This document shows positions 21,319 through 29,366 of a stretch of 33,921 nucleotides of DNA, piece after piece (positions within the stretch are counted from its first letter, which is position 1; each line of letters starts with the position of its first letter). Under the pieces are notes generated by a model that saw nothing but the letters and a program-made list of their open reading frames with translations, was not told the DNA's origin and did not search any database. The position numbers and the translations under genes are program-made. The stretch covers positions 1 to 33,921 of the forward strand of contig JBEQAF010000004.1 of assembly GCA_041640455.1 (NCBI GenBank), read 5' to 3'. This DNA comes from a bacterium (GTDB taxonomy: Bacteria > CALINM01).

Positions 21319-21789
21319 CTACAGTTTATTTAACAGAGATACAAACTTTTCTGCTAAAATTTCAGCCTCTTTTTTTATTCTCTCATCAGGCGAGCCTATG
21401 GATACGGGACCATAATGGCCTGCCGCACAGAGCCCCTGCACCACACAGCCATGTATCAAAAAAGCCTTCAGTATGTCCAGCACTACTGTCTCTCCGCCTC
21501 CTCCTATCATACCGGTTGTGCAAAAAGCAGCTGCAAGCTTTCCTTCAAGTTTTTTGAAATATTTAACCGAATCGTCAAAAAACTTTTTTACCGGATAAGC
21601 CATAGAACCGAAATAGTTTGGTGAACCTACTATATACCCATCATATTCAGGAAGCGCATCAATATTTACCTCCTCAACAGAACTAATGGTTACATCAACT
21701 CCTTTTGCCTTAATAAATTCCGATATAATCTCAGCCATTTTTCTTGTATTTCCGCCTCTTGTATAATAGGCAACAAGCACTTTTTTCAT
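21319..21789 (-). CDS. Flavodoxin-like NAD(P)H-dependent oxidoreductase (WrbA-like)
   Basis: YYTRGGNTRKMA, GSPNYFGSMA, GKLAAAF..GGGET. Confidence 0.82.
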   Translation of the reverse strand: MKKVLVAYYTRGGNTRKMAEIISEFIKAKGVDVTISSVEEVNIDALPEYDGYIVGSPNYFGSMAYPVKKFFDDSVKYFKKLEGKLAAAFCTTGMIGGGGETVVLDILKAFLIHGCVVQGLCAAGHYGPVSIGSPDERIKKEAEILAEKFVSLLNKL

Positions 21790-21824
21790 AATCTGTACCT
21801 CCTTAATTTTTTAATCTTTCTGTA

Positions 21825-22823
21825 TCAGGCTACACCGTATATTTTTTTCATATCCTCAAGCGTCATCTGTTTATAATCATAAGCATGACCTGCTGAACCA
21901 AAGGCAATCATTCTGCTTTCAACTACTTTAACCATAGCTTCTCTTGCTGGTTTTAGATAATCTCTTGGATCAAACTTGTCAGGCTCTTCAAAAAACACCT
22001 TTCTTATAGCGCCAGTAATAGCAATTCTACTGTCTGTATCCACATTTATTTTTCTTACACCATATTTGATGGCTTCCTGTATGGACTCCAGTGGAACACC
22101 TTTTGCATTTGGCATTTTTCCACCATATTTATTTACAATGGCTACCAGCTCCTCCGGCACTGAAGATGAGCCATGCATAACAAGGGGCACATCTGGACAT
22201 CTTCTATTTATCTCTTTGACAATATCAATTGCAAGCTTTGGTTCAGATTTAAATTTATAGGCGCCATGAGATGTGCCTATCGCTACAGCAAGCGCATCAA
22301 CCCCTGTCTCCTTTATAAACTGTTCAGCCTGATCAGGATCGGTAAGGTGAATCTTCCCCGAACCTACGCCATCTTCAATTCCACCGAGAGTACCAAGCTC
22401 CCCTTCTACTGTAACACCAAATTTATGAGCATAATCTACTACCTTTCTTGTAACCTCTACGTTATACTCGTAGGTACTCGGCGTCTTTCCGTCTTCAAGC
22501 AAAGAGCCGTCTATCATTACGGAGGTAAAGCCCAGATCTATAGCCTGCTTTACCACCTCCAGTCCATTTCCATGATCCAGATGCATGGCTATGGGAATGT
22601 CGGGATTTTCTTCCGATGCCGCAACCATTAGATATTTTAAATAGATTAGATTTGAATATTTTAGTGCACCCCTGCTTGCCTGGACTATCACAGGTGATTT
22701 GGTATTTCTTGCCGCAGTCATAATTGCCTGGATCTGTTCCATGTTATTTACATTGAAGGCACCCACACCATAACCACCCTTTTTTGCCTCATCTAAAATC
22801 TGTTTCATAGGAACTAATGGCAT
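21825..22823 (-). CDS. fba: Class II fructose-bisphosphate aldolase
   Basis: GAFNVNNME, HLDHG, TSVMIDGS, VEGELG, AIGTSHGAYK, LVMHGSS, KINVDTD, FDPRDYL. Confidence 0.96.
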   Translation of the reverse strand: MPLVPMKQILDEAKKGGYGVGAFNVNNMEQIQAIMTAARNTKSPVIVQASRGALKYSNLIYLKYLMVAASEENPDIPIAMHLDHGNGLEVVKQAIDLGFTSVMIDGSLLEDGKTPSTYEYNVEVTRKVVDYAHKFGVTVEGELGTLGGIEDGVGSGKIHLTDPDQAEQFIKETGVDALAVAIGTSHGAYKFKSEPKLAIDIVKEINRRCPDVPLVMHGSSSVPEELVAIVNKYGGKMPNAKGVPLESIQEAIKYGVRKINVDTDSRIAITGAIRKVFFEEPDKFDPRDYLKPAREAMVKVVESRMIAFGSAGHAYDYKQMTLEDMKKIYGVA

Positions 22824-22846
22824 ACCGACCTCCTGAATTTTATTGT

Positions 22847-22887
22847 TTATGTAACTAAATATTACATAAGATTTTTTAATAATTCAA
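22847..22887 (-). promoter_or_regulatory. fba sigma70 promoter overlapped by a palindromic operator
   Basis: Minus strand TTGAAT-17-TAATAT (22887-22859); perfect palindrome TTATGTAA-N7-TTACATAA at 22847-22869 covers the -10 and start site. Confidence 0.55.
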
Positions 22888-22888
22888 A

Positions 22889-23032
22889 CTATCTTTTACG
22901 AATATATGGGGTGTAACATTTTTCTACATTATCCATATAAAGGGGGAGCTTTGCATAAATAAGATACATAAAAAAGATGGTTAAGAGAATAGCCGCTACC
23001 ATAATAAGATGGTTTCTCAGATTTTTTAGCAT
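22889..23032 (-). CDS. Putative 47-aa single-pass membrane protein or gene remnant
   Basis: ATG overlaps hypE stop (ATGCTAA); MLKNLRNHLIMVAAILLTIFFMYLIYAKLPLYMDNVEKCYTPYIRKR. Confidence 0.35.
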   Translation of the reverse strand: MLKNLRNHLIMVAAILLTIFFMYLIYAKLPLYMDNVEKCYTPYIRKR

Positions 23033-24021
23033 ATTCTCGGCAAAATCTCTCCCAACGGCATATCCAGTATGGTCTTCCCGCCAAAAGCAGTTTTCAGTAT
23101 TACGAGCGGTTTACCTAAATCTGTTATCTCTCCGACAACAGCTGAGTTCTTAGAAACATTGATATTCTTTAAAACTGAGACTGCCTTTTCGCTTTCTTCC
23201 TCAGACACAACTATCACCATTCTACCTTCACAGGCTAAGCTGTAGATATCAAAACCATAAATATCACAGATGGCTTTTACCATTGGATCTTCAGGCACGT
23301 AAGACTCATCAATCTCTATCCTCATACCGCCCAGGTATGAAAGCTCATTGACAACAGCTGAAAAACCTCCTCTTGTAACATCTCTTATAAATTTTGGTTT
23401 TATTCCCTCACTAATAAGGGCGTCAACTATATCAAAAAGCGGAGCCACATCGGAGCAGACAGAGCCTTGAAATTCTATAGCCTTTTTTGCCTTTAAAACC
23501 GAGATTGTATGTAGCCCCAGACTCCCGGTCAGTATTATTCTGTCACCTACCGAGTATTCCTTGAGCGGTAGTTTATAACCGACCATTCTGGTACCAATAC
23601 CCGTCATGGAGATATGAATCCCTTCCATCTTACCTTTCTCCACTACTTTCGTATCGCCGCAGATGAGTTTCACATTATACCTTTCTGCCAGCACCTTCAT
23701 ATCATCCAGTATCTCGGTAAGATTTTCATAACCATAACCTTCTTCAATGACAAGTCCCATGGTCATAAAGATAGGTCTTGCTGCCATAGATGCAAGATCG
23801 TTTATCATGCCGGACATAGCCAGTATACCAATATTACCACCTTCAAAAAACTCGGGATAAACAGTAAAGTTATCGGTAGTCACAACAAGATTCTCAGAGA
23901 TATTGGCGCCATCTCCAAGAGCATCAAGTATAGGATTTGAAAACCTTTTTAGAATCTCATTTTTAATAAAATTAAAACTAACCTTTCCACCGCTTCCGAG
24001 GCTCAAAGACACATTGTTCAT
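23026..24021 (-). CDS. hypE: Hydrogenase maturation carbamoyl dehydratase
   Basis: GSGG, INDLA, GDTKVVE, SDVAPL, RDVTRGG, ACEGR, C-terminal GEILPRIC. Confidence 0.92.
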   Translation of the reverse strand: MNNVSLSLGSGGKVSFNFIKNEILKRFSNPILDALGDGANISENLVVTTDNFTVYPEFFEGGNIGILAMSGMINDLASMAARPIFMTMGLVIEEGYGYENLTEILDDMKVLAERYNVKLICGDTKVVEKGKMEGIHISMTGIGTRMVGYKLPLKEYSVGDRIILTGSLGLHTISVLKAKKAIEFQGSVCSDVAPLFDIVDALISEGIKPKFIRDVTRGGFSAVVNELSYLGGMRIEIDESYVPEDPMVKAICDIYGFDIYSLACEGRMVIVVSEEESEKAVSVLKNINVSKNSAVVGEITDLGKPLVILKTAFGGKTILDMPLGEILPRIC

Positions 24022-24035
24022 ATGTTATCCTTAAA

Positions 24036-25130
24036 TTATGAGATTATCTCTGCCCATTTATAATATGCCAGACAGGTACCCTCATGGGAGACCATGCAGG
24101 GACCGATAGGATTTTCTGGTGTACAGATCTTTTTAAAAAGCGGACATTCTCCGGGCTCTATTCTTCCAATAAGCACCTCACCGCATTTGCAGCCAGAGCT
24201 TTTTTGAACAGGAAGATTCTGTGGGATACGGTACTTTACTCTGGCATTGTAAAAACTATATTGATCTTTAATCTCAAAACCGCCTTCGGGAACAATCCCT
24301 ATTCCTCTCCACGGCGCATCCTTTTTATAAAAGCTATCTTCCATAGCCTTAAGCATTTTAGGGTTGCCTTCTTCTTTTACTGCTCTCGGATATGCAGACC
24401 TTATTCCATTCTCACCAGCTTCTATCATGTTAAGAAGCTCATTTATTCCTGCAATTATATCAAGAGGCTCAAAACCCACAACTACAGCTGGTAGATGAAA
24501 CATCTCTATATCTTTAAAATAATTGTAGCCTGTAACAGCTGACACATGTCCGGGAAGCATTACGCCATCTGCATATAGCTTCTCAAAGGTAGAGAGGGCT
24601 TTAAGAATAGCCTTTGTATTTTTATGAAATGATAGAAAGGAAAGGTTTTTTATTCCTTTCTTCTCTGCCATAATAATTGCTGCCGCAGTGGCTGGCATGG
24701 TAGTCTCAAAGCCAACACCAAGAAAAACCCATTGCTTATCTTTATTTGATTCCGCAATCCTTATGGAATCAATGGCACTATAGACTACCTCAACAGACCT
24801 GCCTTCGGCTCTAAAGTCCATAAGACTTTTACCTTGAAGGGGTACTCTTAAAAGATCTCCGTAAGCAATTACTCCCAGATCAAAGTTATCAAAAAGATAT
24901 TTAACCTCTGCAAGATCTTCTTCAGATGTAACGCATACCGGACATCCCGGACCTGCTATGAACCTGAGATTGGGTAAGAAGGACTCTCTGAATCCGTACT
25001 GAAAAATGTTATGGGTATGGGTTCCGCAAAACTCCATAATTCTTATGTTGTTAAATTTTTTTACCCTGTTTTTGAGAGCCTGAAAAGATTTTCTAATAAG
25101 TTCCTTATCTTTAAATATTTCAAGATTCAT
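24036..25130 (-). CDS. hypD: Hydrogenase maturation protein HypD
   Basis: MEFCGTHTH, GPGCPVC, GFETT, PGHVS, GFEPLD, C-terminal Fe-S Cys motif. Start reassigned to ATG 25130 overlapping the hypC end. Confidence 0.95.
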   Translation of the reverse strand: MNLEIFKDKELIRKSFQALKNRVKKFNNIRIMEFCGTHTHNIFQYGFRESFLPNLRFIAGPGCPVCVTSEEDLAEVKYLFDNFDLGVIAYGDLLRVPLQGKSLMDFRAEGRSVEVVYSAIDSIRIAESNKDKQWVFLGVGFETTMPATAAAIIMAEKKGIKNLSFLSFHKNTKAILKALSTFEKLYADGVMLPGHVSAVTGYNYFKDIEMFHLPAVVVGFEPLDIIAGINELLNMIEAGENGIRSAYPRAVKEEGNPKMLKAMEDSFYKKDAPWRGIGIVPEGGFEIKDQYSFYNARVKYRIPQNLPVQKSSGCKCGEVLIGRIEPGECPLFKKICTPENPIGPCMVSHEGTCLAYYKWAEIIS

Positions 25131-25353
25131 TAAGCTCACCCTCAATAAGCGTGGAAAGTTCCTTAAGTATCTCTTCTGTTTCCTGTAAATCAAGCTTTTT
25201 GATAGCCATCCCTGCATGAACAAGAAGATAATCTCCCTCACCTGGCTTTTCATCTAAAAAGCCAATAAAGCAGGTTTTTGTAACTCCGTTTAGCTCTACG
25301 GTGCAGAAATCATCTAAAATATTTATAACCTTCATCGGTATGGCAAGACACAT
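25120..25353 (-). CDS. hypC: Hydrogenase assembly chaperone HypC
   Basis: MCLAIP, GDYLLVHAG; GGAGG RBS. Confidence 0.95.
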   Translation of the reverse strand: MCLAIPMKVINILDDFCTVELNGVTKTCFIGFLDEKPGEGDYLLVHAGMAIKKLDLQETEEILKELSTLIEGELNES

Positions 25354-25438
25354 AAAAACCTCCAGAGATCTAATATTTTAAACCAAAAAACCAACAAAAT
25401 AAATGATTAATTAACTTCCGAATTAAAGAAACGAAAAA

Positions 25439-26176
25439 TTATAAAATTTTTTGCAGTGAAAGCGGTAGCTCGAGGTTGTTATCTTCAAGAAGCTTTTTAT
25501 CTTTCAAGATTTTTTCTGTATCGCCATCAGCTACAATCTTTCCATCGTTTAATACTATGCATCTCTTACAGACTTCGAGAATCAGATCCAGATCATGGGA
25601 GGCAATTATCTTGGTATGCTCAAACTCCTTAAGTATATTAATAAGATATCTTCTCGACTTTGGATCAAGGTTTGATGATGGTTCATCCATAGCAAGCAGG
25701 TCGGGGTTCATGGCAATTACGGTAGCTATAGCAACGGCTCTTTTCTGTCCACCTGATAGATGATGGGGTGGCTTGTTTTTAAGATTATAACAACCCACCA
25801 GATCTAAAGCTCTTTTTACCCGCTCCTCCACATTAACATCATCAAGTCCAAGATTTACTGGTCCAAACGCTACATCTTCATACACGGTAGGCATAAAAAG
25901 CTGGTCATCAGGATTTTGAAATACAAGCCCCACTTTTTTTCTAATCTCAGTTCTTGTTCTTTTTGTCAAAATCACATCACCAATATTTATGATGCCCCTG
26001 GTGGGGAGCAGATATCCGTTTAAATGCATTAGCAGCGTGGTCTTCCCTGAGCCATTTGCACCCACAATTCCTACGGACTCACCGTGAGTAATTAGAAAAG
26101 ATATGCCCTTTAAAGCCTCTGTGCCATCGGGATACTGATATATTATATTTTCAAATTTGACTATATGGTGACTCAT
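25439..26176 (-). CDS. cbiO: ECF transporter ATPase (CbiO/NikO)
   Basis: GANGSGKTT, VFQNPDDQLF, LSGGQKR, MDEP, SHDLD. Confidence 0.9.
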   Translation of the reverse strand: MSHHIVKFENIIYQYPDGTEALKGISFLITHGESVGIVGANGSGKTTLLMHLNGYLLPTRGIINIGDVILTKRTRTEIRKKVGLVFQNPDDQLFMPTVYEDVAFGPVNLGLDDVNVEERVKRALDLVGCYNLKNKPPHHLSGGQKRAVAIATVIAMNPDLLAMDEPSSNLDPKSRRYLINILKEFEHTKIIASHDLDLILEVCKRCIVLNDGKIVADGDTEKILKDKKLLEDNNLELPLSLQKIL

Positions 26177-26185
26177 GGAATTTCC

Positions 26186-26980
26186 TTAAAATAACATTTT
26201 TATCCATTCTGTTGGATCATAAAATCTAAATATATATAACAAAAGCACTGAAAAAAACATAAACAAATAATCTTTATAACCCAACAGGGATATTTTTCTA
26301 TAGGGCATTATGCCGTTATATCCTCTCGAGAGCATAGCATAGTAGATCCTTTCCGCCCTTTCAATAGTTCTCAATAGTAGATTACCCACAAGTCGCACAT
26401 AAAATTTTATCTCTTGCCCTCTACCGTTAAAGCTTCTAAGCTCCTTTGCCCTGACCATCCTCATCGCCTCTTCTGTCAACACAAATATGTAGCGGTACAG
26501 GAAAAGAAGCTGATTTATAAAAACATTGGGTAATCTAAAAGCTCTCAGAGCATAACAGACACCTGAAAAAGAGGTGGTAGCTATTAGCAATATTAGAATG
26601 CTTACGGTAAGAACAAATCTTAAGAAAATTGATAGGAGAGATAAAAAACCATAGGAAACAGGGATACTGAAAAAATAAAATGCAATGTTCCTTTCCAGAA
26701 GAGGGTTAAAAATAGCTATAAATAGGATGAAGGGAGAAACTATTAATAATCTTACTAAAACAAATCTTACAGGAATATCGCCGAGAGACAGGAATAAGAC
26801 GGGAAAAAGAAAGAATGGCATCATTCTGCTTATCTCATACTTAGGAAAAGAAACCACCGTTATTACAAAAAGTAAACTAACAATAACCTTGACTCTCGCA
26901 TCTATACGGTGAATAAACGTGTCTTTCTGGGAAATCCGATCCAAATAACCTATATGGAAAAACTCTTTATCAAATTTCAT
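26186..26980 (-). CDS. cbiQ: ECF transporter T component (CbiQ/NikQ)
   Basis: IHRIDARVK, YRYIFVL.EEA.RM.RA..LR, ERAERIYYAMLSRGY. Confidence 0.9.
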   Translation of the reverse strand: MKFDKEFFHIGYLDRISQKDTFIHRIDARVKVIVSLLFVITVVSFPKYEISRMMPFFLFPVLFLSLGDIPVRFVLVRLLIVSPFILFIAIFNPLLERNIAFYFFSIPVSYGFLSLLSIFLRFVLTVSILILLIATTSFSGVCYALRAFRLPNVFINQLLFLYRYIFVLTEEAMRMVRAKELRSFNGRGQEIKFYVRLVGNLLLRTIERAERIYYAMLSRGYNGIMPYRKISLLGYKDYLFMFFSVLLLYIFRFYDPTEWIKMLF

Positions 26981-26995
26981 AAATTCTAAATATTA

Positions 26996-27027
26996 TAAGA
27001 CCTTTGCCAATATTTGCAAAGGTCTTA
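26996..27027. terminator. Intra-operon hairpin between the M/N and Q genes
   Basis: Perfect 12-bp inverted repeat TAAGACCTTTGC-N8-GCAAAGGTCTTA; only a weak U tail on the minus strand. Confidence 0.5.
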
Positions 27028-27048
27028 ATTAAAGAAGAGAGGAGAATA

Positions 27049-28068
27049 TTAGACAGATCTTTTTCTTAAAGTTTTTATAATAAATCCTGTACCGAATATT
27101 ACCGCTAAAACTATAACAGAACCCAGTATTCCCGAGATTGAAGTTCCCGCATCAATATTGGGATAAGCTGTTTCACTTTCTACTGTCTTTTCCTCTTCTG
27201 GTGCTTTCTTAAAAGAATAGTCTGGTAGGAAGCTTATTTTTTCCTGTATATTTTTAAGTATAGCTGCAATACCTTCTTCTTTTTCAGGCAGTTCAGCCTT
27301 TCCGTAAACCTTTTCTATTGACCATTCAAGACCATCGGGATGTGAAGAGGCAAACCAGCTTAATAATGCTCCAGTAAAAATCGTAAGAATAGCAAAAGTT
27401 ACAATAATTTTTTTAAATCCCGCTGAAGTGCTATTAAGACTGACGTTGATAAGCTCTGGTTTGACAGATCTAACAAAATTAAGCACCGCCGCTGTAACTA
27501 TACCCTCCACAATACCTATGGCAAGATGTATGGGTTGCATAAGCATAACAAAGGTATTAAAAGGTAGCTCAGATATGCCCGAAAAATAGGTCTGCAGAAC
27601 AACCGAAAAGGCTCCTAACTGTAAACCCACAACAGCAGCTAATATAGAAGCTATTGTAATGTTTCTCCCATCTCTTGTAAGTGGTTTAAAAATCAGCGGA
27701 TAGGCAATAAAGGACGTATAAAAACCAAGATTCCAGATATTACAGCCCAGTGCAAGCAGGCCTCCATCGGCAAAAAATAACGCTTGAACTGTTAGGATAG
27801 AAGCCATCACAATAAATCCTGCATAGGGTCCAAGCAGAACCGAAAGTATTAGTCCTCCTCCAAGATGTCCGCTTGAACCGGTAGCTGGTATGGTAAAATT
27901 AATCATCTGGGCAGCAAAAACAAAGGCTCCCATTACTCCCATCAACGGTATCATTCTATCATCAATATTTTCCTTAAGTTTTTTTGAACTATAGGCAATC
28001 CCTCCGAGAGACAAAGCCCAAAAACCAGCCCCAACACCAGGAGAAATTAACGCATCTGCCATGTGCAT
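27049..28068 (-). CDS. cbiM: Ni/Co ECF substrate component, fused NikMN-type (CbiM domain + PDGLE domain)
   Basis: N-terminal metal-binding MHMAD, AFVFAAQM, SSGHLGG, QALFFADGG, IVEG, ASSHPDGLEW. Confidence 0.9.
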   Translation of the reverse strand: MHMADALISPGVGAGFWALSLGGIAYSSKKLKENIDDRMIPLMGVMGAFVFAAQMINFTIPATGSSGHLGGGLILSVLLGPYAGFIVMASILTVQALFFADGGLLALGCNIWNLGFYTSFIAYPLIFKPLTRDGRNITIASILAAVVGLQLGAFSVVLQTYFSGISELPFNTFVMLMQPIHLAIGIVEGIVTAAVLNFVRSVKPELINVSLNSTSAGFKKIIVTFAILTIFTGALLSWFASSHPDGLEWSIEKVYGKAELPEKEEGIAAILKNIQEKISFLPDYSFKKAPEEEKTVESETAYPNIDAGTSISGILGSVIVLAVIFGTGFIIKTLRKRSV

Positions 28069-28080
28069 AATTCTCCTCCT

Positions 28081-28842
28081 TTAAAACCTTAGTGATATAC
28101 CTGCCAAAACCGATATATCTGTTTCTGCTTTATTTAGACCAAATTTAATCCCAAAATCCACGTCAAAATCCTTGTTTAAACCATATATGACTCCAGCAAT
28201 TAAAAAGGCAGGATCCTGATCTGCTGATTTATCGGTATTTTTTTCCATACCAACATTTCCAACGACTCTAAGATCTTCCGTAAGGTAATACTCACCTGCT
28301 AAAGATATATGCCAGATGTCCTCTCTCTCATCAACTTTATTTTTGTTGAGAATATATCCTAAATTTGCATGAACCACATAGGGCTTTTTTTCGTAGGTGG
28401 TTACAAAAAACAGTTTATAACCTGTTTTTCCTGTACCTAAACCTTTCTCCTCATCACCTAAAGGGAGGGTTATTCCTGGCTTAAGTAGCAGGCTAAGCTC
28501 ATCTTTTTCATATATACGCCATTTAACATCTAAGGACAGATCTCCCATCCCCTCCTCTTCAAAATCAGAACCAGCATCACTGGTTTTTATGATCTGATAG
28601 GGGATTGATATTTGCAAATCCACATTTTCTAATGCACCATATGATAATGTAAAATCAACTGCTGTCTCTTTGTTTGTAACTCCATCTTCCTTATCATAAT
28701 TATACTCAGCATTTGCCTCCAGCTGAAAGTTGCCTTTTCCCTGAGTTCCTGTATCATCGGTAATCAAAGGATGGGCAGCATAACTTGCTGTAGCTAAAAC
28801 AAGTAACATAAAAAAAGAAACAATAAATTTTTTCATTCTCAT
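28081..28842 (-). CDS. Putative outer-membrane beta-barrel transporter (MetA-pathway-like family) of the Ni/Co uptake operon
   Basis: Signal peptide (..ASYA|AHPLITDD), GMGDLSLDVKWR, TLPLGD..GLGTG, alternating beta-strand pattern, C-terminal Phe. Confidence 0.75.
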   Translation of the reverse strand: MRMKKFIVSFFMLLVLATASYAAHPLITDDTGTQGKGNFQLEANAEYNYDKEDGVTNKETAVDFTLSYGALENVDLQISIPYQIIKTSDAGSDFEEEGMGDLSLDVKWRIYEKDELSLLLKPGITLPLGDEEKGLGTGKTGYKLFFVTTYEKKPYVVHANLGYILNKNKVDEREDIWHISLAGEYYLTEDLRVVGNVGMEKNTDKSADQDPAFLIAGVIYGLNKDFDVDFGIKFGLNKAETDISVLAGISLRF

Positions 28843-28876
28843 ATAACCCCCTTAATGTAAGTTTTTTAAACTCGGC

Positions 28877-28936
28877 AAAAAAAAAAGCCACGCCGACTTG
28901 AAGCTTTCTTAGCTTCATTTAGCCTTCGTGGCTTTT
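28877..28936 (-). terminator. Leader hairpin + U10 tract (candidate attenuator/riboswitch) of the Ni/Co uptake operon
   Basis: AAAAGCCACG-AA-GGCT-AAA-TGAAGCT-AAGAA-AGCTTCA-AGTC-GG-CGTGGCTTTTTTTTTT lies between the promoter and the first gene. Confidence 0.7.
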
Positions 28937-28972
28937 GATAAAATTCTAAAACTATTTTATCCTTCCTGTCAA
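28937..28972 (-). promoter_or_regulatory. sigma70 promoter of the Ni/Co uptake operon with overlapping palindromic operator
   Basis: TTGACA (28972-28967)-18-TAGAAT (28948-28943); palindrome GATAAAAT-N9-ATTTTATC at 28937-28961. Confidence 0.65.
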
Positions 28973-29002
28973 GAAAAATTTTGGAGGTGTACCAGATAGG
29001 TA

Positions 29003-29299
29003 TAGACATATTAACCAGTTTGATTTTATTGAAGTAAAAGGAGGTGAATGGAAGGATGCAAAGGAAACCATAAGCAGGAAAGAGGCTTTCCGCAGAATAC
29101 TTGATATAATGAAGAGACTGGGTTTCTCCTGGCAGAGGAAGGTGAGATCACTTAAAGGATGAAGGAACAACCTATGAGCGTTTTATACAAAGATAGAGCA
29201 TTCAATCACACCAACTGTCTTCCTCATGGAGAACTTGCTTAAATCTGCTGAAATATTTAACATATTACTTAAACCATTCCAGACTGGTAAATATGTCTA
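29003..29299. mobile_element. Internally deleted IS630-like element / MITE (297 bp)
   Basis: Terminal inverted repeats TAGACATATT(A/T)ACCAGT(T/C)TG...AAGTAA, flanked on both sides by TA (29001-2, 29300-1); internal frame contains MKRLGFSWQRK. Confidence 0.7.
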
Positions 29300-29366
29300 T
29301 ACCAGGTGCCTTTTACAAGAATTAACTCTTGATAAATCTGCAATAAAAATTGTAAACTTCTTACCT

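Noticed and set aside
25131..25253. 41-aa N-terminal extension of HypD in the ORF track
   Set aside because: Lies within hypC in another frame; ATG 25130 gives a normal HypD length.
28843..28980. Cobalamin or NiCo (czcD) riboswitch
   Set aside because: Leader too short, no B12-box, and a single irregular stem rather than a four-way junction; reported as an unknown element instead.
28983..29162. VRR-NUC/PD-(D/E)xK-like fragment (GVPDR..FIEVK)
   Set aside because: No start codon, and the apparent motif spans the insertion junction and inverted repeat; better explained by the IS630-like remnant.
28952..29170. 72-aa minus-strand ORF from the track
   Set aside because: Antisense to the IS remnant, runs over the promoter, no recognisable features.
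29174..29242. 22-aa ORF with HxxCxxH (MSVLYKDRAFNHTNCLPHGELA)
   Set aside because: Inside the decayed element; probably transposase debris.
29226..29366. 47-aa N-terminal extension of the SDR
   Set aside because: Begins inside the IS-like remnant; the Rossmann fold starts at ATG 29367.
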